DNA from: Paraphysomonas bandaiensis
Lineage: Eukaryota; Protista; Chrysophyceae
Assembly (NCBI GenBank): GCA_965644295.1
Contig: CBFFRP010000207.1
Span: 6,282-70,281, forward strand
Direction: 5' to 3'
Length of the DNA stretch: 64,000 nucleotides
In this document: positions 54,521-64,000 of the stretch, in pieces
How positions within the stretch are numbered: position 1 is the stretch's first letter
Layout of the letters: each line of letters opens with the position of its first letter
Position numbers and translations under genes: made by a program
The notes under the pieces: model-generated
The model's input: only the letters and a program-made list of their open reading frames with translations
The model's database searches: none
Told to the model about the DNA's origin: nothing

Positions 54521-57500
54521 TCATCCACGTAATGAAATTGTGTAGGATGTGTTGTTGTATGGTGTGAGGTAATAAATATGTTCCACTGCGACTTCATATG
54601 GCATGGCTGCGGCTATCTAAAGTGCAATAACATCAGCCACACCGCAGGGGTTCATCCTGTGCAGGTATATTGGCGCCCTTCAGCACACGCTAATAGCATT
54701 GATTCGCTATAGGTGCGACTCTAAACAGGACGCCGACGTGTGTATATGTGTACAATCGAAGTGGGTGTAACACAAGAATATGCTTACCTTGCCATATCCA
54801 ATAATGGAGCCGTATGAGTAACACATCCCACCCATCAGCATATCTACCAATACAATAGTAAGAATAGTTGTCATCCACGTAATGAAATTGTGTAGGATGT
54901 GTTGTTGTATGGTGTGAGGTAATAAATATGTTCCACTGCGACTTCATATGGCATGGCTGCGGCTATCTAAAGTGCAATAATATCAGCCACACCGCAGGGG
55001 TTCATCCTGTGCAGGTATATTGGCGCCCTTCAGCACACGCTAATAGCATTGATTCGCTATAGGTGCGACTCTAAACAGGACGCCGACGTGTGTATATGTG
55101 TACAATCGAAGTGGGTGTAACACAAGAATATGCTTACCTTGCCATATCCAATAATGGAGCCGTATGAGTAACACATCCCACCCATCAGCATATCTACCAA
55201 TACAATAGTAAGAATAGTTGTCATCCACGTAATGAAATTGTGTAGGATGTGCTGTTGTATGGTGTGAGGTAATAAATATGTTCCACTGCGACTTCATATG
55301 GCATGGCTGCGGCTATCTAAAGTGCAATAACATCAGCCACACCGCAGGGGTTCATCCTGTGCAGGTATATTGGCGCCCTTCAGCACACGCTAATAGCATT
55401 GATTCGCTATAGGTGCGACTCTAAACAGGACGCCGACGTGTGTATATGTGTACAATCGAAGTGGGTGTAACACAAGAATATGCTTACCTTGCCATATCCA
55501 ATAATGGAGCCGTATGAGTAACACATCCCACCCATCAGCATATCTACCAATACAATAGTAAGAATAGTTGTCATCCACGTAATGAAATTGTGTAGGATGT
55601 GTTGTTGTATGGTGTGAGGTAATAAATATGTTCCACTGCGACTTCATATGGCATGGCTGCGGCTATCTAAAGTGCAATAACATCAGCCACACCGCAGGGG
55701 TTCATCCTGTGCAGGTATATTGGCGCCCTTCAGCACACGCTAATAGCATTGATTCGCTATAGGTGCGACTCTAAACAGGACGCCGACGTGTGTATATGTC
55801 TACAATCGAAGTGGGTGTAACACAAGAATATGCTTACCTTGCCATATCCAATAATGGAGCCGTATGAGTAACACATCCCACCCATCAGCATATCTACCAA
55901 TACAATAGTAAGAATAGTTGTCATCCACGTAATGAAATTGTGTAGGATGTGCTGTTGTATGGTGTGAGGTAATAAATATGTTCCACTGCGACTTCATATG
56001 GCATGGCTGCGGCTATCTAAAGTGCAATAACATCAGCCACACCGCAGGGGTTCATCCTGTGCAGGTATATTGGCGCCCTTCAGCACACGCTAATAGCATT
56101 GATTCGCTATAGGTGCGACTCTAAACAGGACGCCGACGTGTGTATATGTCTACAATCGAAGTGGGTGTAACACAAGAATATGCTTACCTTGCCATATCCA
56201 ATAATGGAGCCGTATGAGTAACACATCCCACCCATCAGCATATCTACCAATACAATAGTAAGAATAGTTGTCATCCACGTAATGAAATTGTGTAGGATGT
56301 GCTGTTGTATGGTGTGAGGTAATAAATATGTTCCACTGCGACTTCATATGGCATGGCTGCGGCTATCTAAAGTGCAATAACATCAGCCACACCGCAGGGG
56401 TTCATCCTGTGCAGGTATATTGGCGCCCTTCAGCACACGCTAATAGCATTGATTCGCTATAGGTGCGACTCTAAACAGGACGCCGACGTGTGTATATGTC
56501 TACAATCGAAGTGGGTGTAACACAAGAATATGCTTACCTTGCCATATCCAATAATGGAGCCGTATGAGTAACACATCCCACCCATCAGCATATCTACCAA
56601 TACAATAGTAAGAATAGTTGTCATCCACGTAATGAAATTGTGTAGGATGTGCTGTTGTATGGTGTGAGGTAATAAATATGTTCCACTGCGACTTCATATG
56701 GCATGGCTGCGGCTATCTAAAGTGCAATAACATCAGCCACACCGCAGGGGTTCATCCTGTGCAGGTATATTGGCGCCCTTCAGCACACGCTAATAGCATT
56801 GATTCGCTATAGGTGCGACTCTAAACAGGACGCCGACGTGTGTATATGTCTACAATCGAAGTGGGTGTAACACAAGAATATGCTTACCTTGCCATATCCA
56901 ATAATGGAGCCGTATGAGTAACACATCCCACCCATCAGCATATCTACCAATACAATAGTAAGAATAGTTGTCATCCACGTAATGAAATTGTGTAGGATGT
57001 GCTGTTGTATGGTGTGAGGTAATAAATATGTTCCACTGCGACTTCATATGGCATGGCTGCGGCTATCTAAAGTGCAATAACATCAGCCACACCGCAGGGG
57101 TTCATCCTGTGCAGGTATATTGGCGCCCTTCAGCACACGCTAATAGCATTGATTCGCTATAGGTGCGACTCTAAACAGGACGCCGACGTGTGTATATGTG
57201 TACAATCGAAGTGGGTGTAACACAAGAATATGCTTACCTTGCCATATCCAATAATGGAGCCGTATGAGTAACACATCCCACCCATCAGCATATCTACCAA
57301 TACAATAGTAAGAATAGTTGTCATCCACGTAATGAAATTGTGTAGGATGTGCTGTTGTATGGTGTGAGGTAATAAATATGTTCCACTGCGACTTCATATG
57401 GCATGGCTGCGGCTATCTAAAGTGCAATAACATCAGCCACACCGCAGGGGTTCATCCTGTGCAGGTATATTGGCGCCCTTCAGCACACGCTAATAGCATT

Positions 57501-60500
57501 GATTCGCTATAGGTGCGACTCTAAACAGGACGCCGACGTGTGTATATGTGTACAATCGAAGTGGGTGTAACACAAGAATATGCTTACCTTGCCATATCCA
57601 ATAATGGAGCCGTATGAGTAACACATCCCACCCATCAGCATATCTACCAATACAATAGTAAGAATAGTTGTCATCCACGTAATGAAATTGTGTAGGATGT
57701 GTTGTTGTATGGTGTGAGGTAATAAATATGTTCCACTGCGACTTCATATGGCATGGCTGCGGCTATCTAAAGTGCAATAACATCAGCCACACCGCAGGGG
57801 TTCATCCTGTGCAGGTATATTGGCGCCCTTCAGCACACGCTAATAGCATTGATTCGCTATAGGTGCGACTCTAAACAGGACGCCGACGTGTGTATATGTG
57901 TACAATCGAAGTGGGTGTAACACAAGAATATGCTTACCTTGCCATATCCAATAATGGAGCCGTATGAGTAACACATCCCACCCATCAGCATATCTACCAA
58001 TACAATAGTAAGAATAGTTGTCATCCACGTAATGAAATTGTGTAGGATGTGTTGTTGTATGGTGTGAGGTAATAAATATGTTCCACTGCGACTTCATATG
58101 GCATGGCTGCGGCTATCTAAAGTGCAATAACATCAGCCACACCGCAGGGGTTCATCCTGTGCAGGTATATTGGCGCCCTTCAGCACACGCTAATAGCATT
58201 GATTCGCTATAGGTGCGACTCTAAACAGGACGCCGACGTGTGTATATGTGTACAATCGAAGTGGGTGTAACACAAGAATATGCTTACCTTGCCATATCCA
58301 ATAATGGAGCCGTATGAGTAACACATCCCACCCATCAGCATATCTACCAATACAATAGTAAGAATAGTTGTCATCCACGTAATGAAATTGTGTAGGATGT
58401 GTTGTTGTATGGTGTGAGGTAATAAATATGTTCCACTGCGACTTCATATGGCATGGCTGCGGCTATCTAAAGTGCAATAACATCAGCCACACCGCAGGGG
58501 TTCATCCTGTGCAGGTATATTGGCGCCCTTCAGCACACGCTAATAGCATTGATTCGCTATAGGTGCGACTCTAAACAGGACGCCGACGTGTGTATATGTG
58601 TACAATCGAAGTGGGTGTAACACAAGAATATGCTTACCTTGCCATATCCAATAATGGAGCCGTATGAGTAACACATCCCACCCATCAGCATATCTACCAA
58701 TACAATAGTAAGAATAGTTGTCATCCACGTAATGAAATTGTGTAGGATGTGTTGTTGTATGGTGTGAGGTAATAAATATGTTCCACTGCGACTTCATATG
58801 GCATGGCTGCGGCTATCTAAAGTGCAATAACATCAGCCACACCGCAGGGGTTCATCCTGTGCAGGTATATTGGCGCCCTTCAGCACACGCTAATAGCATT
58901 GATTCGCTATAGGTGCGACTCTAAACAGGACGCCGACGTGTGTATATGTGTACAATCGAAGTGGGTGTAACACAAGAATATGCTTACCTTGCCATATCCA
59001 ATAATGGAGCCGTATGAGTAACACATCCCACCCATCAGCATATCTACCAATACAATAGTAAGAATAGTTGTCATCCACGTAATGAAATTGTGTAGGATGT
59101 GTTGTTGTATGGTGTGAGGTAATAAATATGTTCCACTGCGACTTCATATGGCATGGCTGCGGCTATCTAAAGTGCAATAACATCAGCCACACCGCAGGGG
59201 TTCATCCTGTGCAGGTATATTGGCGCCCTTCAGCACACGCTAATAGCATTGATTCGCTATAGGTGCGACTCTAAACAGGACGCCGACGTGTGTATATGTG
59301 TACAATCGAAGTGGGTGTAACACAAGAATATGCTTACCTTGCCATATCCAATAATGGAGCCGTATGAGTAACACATCCCACCCATCAGCATATCTACCAA
59401 TACAATAGTAAGAATAGTTGTCATCCACGTAATGAAATTGTGTAGGATGTGTTGTTGTATGGTGTGAGGTAATAAATATGTTCCACTGCGACTTCATATG
59501 GCATGGCTGCGGCTATCTAAAGTGCAATAACATCAGCCACACCGCAGGGGTTCATCCTGTGCAGGTATATTGGCGCCCTTCAGCACACGCTAATAGCATT
59601 GATTCGCTATAGGTGCGACTCTAAACAGGACGCCGACGTGTGTATATGTGTACAATCGAAGTGGGTGTAACACAAGAATATGCTTACCTTGCCATATCCA
59701 ATAATGGAGCCGTATGAGTAACACATCCCACCCATCAGCATATCTACCAATACAATAGTAAGAATAGTTGTCATCCACGTAATGAAATTGTGTAGGATGT
59801 GTTGTTGTATGGTGTGAGGTAATAAATATGTTCCACTGCGACTTCATATGGCATGGCTGCGGCTATCTAAAGTGCAATAACATCAGCCACACCGCAGGGG
59901 TTCATCCTGTGCAGGTATATTGGCGCCCTTCAGCACACGCTAATAGCATTGATTCGCTATAGGTGCGACTCTAAACAGGACGCCGACGTGTGTATATGTG
60001 TACAATCGAAGTGGGTGTAACACAAGAATATGCTTACCTTGCCATATCCAATAATGGAGCCGTATGAGTAACACATCCCACCCATCAGCATATCTACCAA
60101 TACAATAGTAAGAATAGTTGTCATCCACGTAATGAAATTGTGTAGGATGTGTTGTTGTATGGTGTGAGGTAATAAATATGTTCCACTGCGACTTCATATG
60201 GCATGGCTGCGGCTATCTAAAGTGCAATAACATCAGCCACACCGCAGGGGTTCATCCTGTGCAGGTATATTGGCGCCCTTCAGCACACGCTAATAGCATT
60301 GATTCGCTATAGGTGCGACTCTAAACAGGACGCCGACGTGTGTATATGTGTACAATCGAAGTGGGTGTAACACAAGAATATGCTTACCTTGCCATATCCA
60401 ATAATGGAGCCGTATGAGTAACACATCCCACCCATCAGCATATCTACCAATACAATAGTAAGAATAGTTGTCATCCACGTAATGAAATTGTGTAGGATGT

Positions 60501-63500
60501 GTTGTTGTATGGTGTGAGGTAATAAATATGTTCCACTGCGACTTCATATGGCATGGCTGCGGCTATCTAAAGTGCAATAACATCAGCCACACCGCAGGGG
60601 TTCATCCTGTGCAGGTATATTGGCGCCCTTCAGCACACGCTAATAGCATTGATTCGCTATAGGTGCGACTCTAAACAGGACGCCGACGTGTGTATATGTG
60701 TACAATCGAAGTGGGTGTAACACAAGAATATGCTTACCTTGCCATATCCAATAATGGAGCCGTATGAGTAACACATCCCACCCATCAGCATATCTACCAA
60801 TACAATAGTAAGAATAGTTGTCATCCACGTAATGAAATTGTGTAGGATGTGTTGTTGTATGGTGTGAGGTAATAAATATGTTCCACTGCGACTTCATATG
60901 GCATGGCTGCGGCTATCTAAAGTGCAATAACATCAGCCACACCGCAGGGGTTCATCCTGTGCAGGTATATTGGCGCCCTTCAGCACACGCTAATAGCATT
61001 GATTCGCTATAGGTGCGACTCTAAACAGGACGCCGACGTGTGTATATGTGTACAATCGAAGTGGGTGTAACACAAGAATATGCTTACCTTGCCATATCCA
61101 ATAATGGAGCCGTATGAGTAACACATCCCACCCATCAGCATATCTACCAATACAATAGTAAGAATAGTTGTCATCCACGTAATGAAATTGTGTAGGATGT
61201 GTTGTTGTATGGTGTGAGGTAATAAATATGTTCCACTGCGACTTCATATGGCATGGCTGCGGCTATCTAAAGTGCAATAACATCAGCCACACCGCAGGGG
61301 TTCATCCTGTGCAGGTATATTGGCGCCCTTCAGCACACGCTAATAGCATTGATTCGCTATAGGTGCGACTCTAAACAGGACGCCGACGTGTGTATATGTG
61401 TACAATCGAAGTGGGTGTAACACAAGAATATGCTTACCTTGCCATATCCAATAATGGAGCCGTATGAGTAACACATCCCACCCATCAGCATATCTACCAA
61501 TACAATAGTAAGAATAGTTGTCATCCACGTAATGAAATTGTGTAGGATGTGTTGTTGTATGGTGTGAGGTAATAAATATGTTCCACTGCGACTTCATATG
61601 GCATGGCTGCGGCTATCTAAAGTGCAATAACATCAGCCACACCGCAGGGGTTCATCCTGTGCAGGTATATTGGCGCCCTTCAGCACACGCTAATAGCATT
61701 GATTCGCTATAGGTGCGACTCTAAACAGGACGCCGACGTGTGTATATGTGTACAATCGAAGTGGGTGTAACACAAGAATATGCTTACCTTGCCATATCCA
61801 ATAATGGAGCCGTATGAGTAACACATCCCACCCATCAGCATATCTACCAATACAATAGTAAGAATAGTTGTCATCCACGTAATGAAATTGTGTAGGATGT
61901 GTTGTTGTATGGTGTGAGGTAATAAATATGTTCCACTGCGACTTCATATGGCATGGCTGCGGCTATCTAAAGTGCAATAACATCAGCCACACCGCAGGGG
62001 TTCATCCTGTGCAGGTATATTGGCGCCCTTCAGCACACGCTAATAGCATTGATTCGCTATAGGTGCGACTCTAAACAGGACGCCGACGTGTGTATATGTG
62101 TACAATCGAAGTGGGTGTAACACAAGAATATGCTTACCTTGCCATATCCAATAATGGAGCCGTATGAGTAACACATCCCACCCATCAGCATATCTACCAA
62201 TACAATAGTAAGAATAGTTGTCATCCACGTAATGAAATTGTGTAGGATGTGTTGTTGTATGGTGTGAGGTAATAAATATGTTCCACTGCGACTTCATATG
62301 GCATGGCTGCGGCTATCTAAAGTGCAATAACATCAGCCACACCGCAGGGGTTCATCCTGTGCAGGTATATTGGCGCCCTTCAGCACACGCTAATAGCATT
62401 GATTCGCTATAGGTGCGACTCTAAACAGGACGCCGACGTGTGTATATGTGTACAATCGAAGTGGGTGTAACACAAGAATATGCTTACCTTGCCATATCCA
62501 ATAATGGAGCCGTATGAGTAACACATCCCACCCATCAGCATATCTACCAATACAATAGTAAGAATAGTTGTCATCCACGTAATGAAATTGTGTAGGATGT
62601 GTTGTTGTATGGTGTGAGGTAATAAATATGTTCCACTGCGACTTCATATGGCATGGCTGCGGCTATCTAAAGTGCAATAACATCAGCCACACCGCAGGGG
62701 TTCATCCTGTGCAGGTATATTGGCGCCCTTCAGCACACGCTAATAGCATTGATTCGCTATAGGTGCGACTCTAAACAGGACGCCGACGTGTGTATATGTG
62801 TACAATCGAAGTGGGTGTAACACAAGAATATGCTTACCTTGCCATATCCAATAATGGAGCCGTATGAGTAACACATCCCACCCATCAGCATATCTACCAA
62901 TACAATAGTAAGAATAGTTGTCATCCACGTAATGAAATTGTGTAGGATGTGTTGTTGTATGGTGTGAGGTAATAAATATGTTCCACTGCGACTTCATATG
63001 GCATGGCTGCGGCTATCTAAAGTGCAATAACATCAGCCACACCGCAGGGGTTCATCCTGTGCAGGTATATTGGCGCCCTTCAGCACACGCTAATAGCATT
63101 GATTCGCTATAGGTGCGACTCTAAACAGGACGCCGACGTGTGTATATGTGTACAATCGAAGTGGGTGTAACACAAGAATATGCTTACCTTGCCATATCCA
63201 ATAATGGAGCCGTATGAGTAACACATCCCACCCATCAGCATATCTACCAATACAATAGTAAGAATAGTTGTCATCCACGTAATGAAATTGTGTAGGATGT
63301 GTTGTTGTATGGTGTGAGGTAATAAATATGTTCCACTGCGACTTCATATGGCATGGCTGCGGCTATCTAAAGTGCAATAACATCAGCCACACCGCAGGGG
63401 TTCATCCTGTGCAGGTATATTGGCGCCCTTCAGCACACGCTAATAGCATTGATTCGCTATAGGTGCGACTCTAAACAGGACGCCGACGTGTGTATATGTG

Positions 63501-64000
63501 TACAATCGAAGTGGGTGTAACACAAGAATATGCTTACCTTGCCATATCCAATAATGGAGCCGTATGAGTAACACATCCCACCCATCAGCATATCTACCAA
63601 TACAATAGTAAGAATAGTTGTCATCCACGTAATGAAATTGTGTAGGATGTGTTGTTGTATGGTGTGAGGTAATAAATATGTTCCACTGCGACTTCATATG
63701 GCATGGCTGCGGCTATCTAAAGTGCAATAACATCAGCCACACCGCAGGGGTTCATCCTGTGCAGGTATATTGGCGCCCTTCAGCACACGCTAATAGCATT
63801 GATTCGCTATAGGTGCGACTCTAAACAGGACGCCGACGTGTGTATATGTGTACAATCGAAGTGGGTGTAACACAAGAATATGCTTACCTTGCCATATCCA
63901 ATAATGGAGCCGTATGAGTAACACATCCCACCCATCAGCATATCTACCAATACAATAGTAAGAATAGTTGTCATCCACGTAATGAAATTGTGTAGGATGT
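54521..64000. repeat. 350-bp tandem satellite array, 27 or more near-identical copies, running off the window
   Basis: Exact 350-bp period, confirmed by ORF spacing; only three variant positions seen, all in the first 9 units. Confidence 0.99.

Noticed and set aside
54778-54795. Plus-strand ATGCTTACCTT as a U1 5' end
   Set aside because: The downstream plus-strand sequence has no U1 loop motifs; it is simply the complement of a GTAAG donor-like site.
54690-63978. Repeated 85-aa ORF (MKSQWNIF...) as a protein gene family
   Set aside because: No recognisable domain, and four copies carry a premature stop; most likely a by-product of the repeat.
54521-64000. CRISPR array, 5S rDNA or tRNA array
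   Set aside because: No unique spacers, no match to the 5S consensus, and GCAGGGGTTCATCCTGT is only superficially T-arm-like with no cloverleaf.

Overview
Eukaryotic, gene-dense window with many very short GT-AG introns (about 40-60 nt). The gene content and style suggest a protist, probably a stramenopile (inference). Housekeeping genes: PDCD4/MA3, SFT2, class II PRPP synthetase, RUVBL2, a 2OG-Fe(II) oxygenase, a GH16 glucanase, an S8 subtilase and a probable ZIP4/SPO22-like TPR protein. Unusual genes: an ankyrin-UIM-Pelle/IRAK-like kinase-RING/Rcat fusion, a DUF4286 plus tandem PhnB/VOC fusion, and an intron-containing CiaB/M49-like HEXXH protein. Mobile and repetitive DNA: a long intronless zinc-finger ORF running off the left edge (missed by the ORF track), a MITE, a Crypton-like recombinase remnant, a dispersed retroposon-like 3' end family (one copy between 45-bp direct repeats), a 2.76-kb TIR element inserted in a (TATG)n tract, a frame-preserving 162-bp repeat encoding CCCH-like motifs, and a homogeneous 350-bp tandem array (27 or more copies) filling the last 9.5 kb. 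Family assignments come from motif recognition, not database searches. Spliced gene boundaries are manual estimates.
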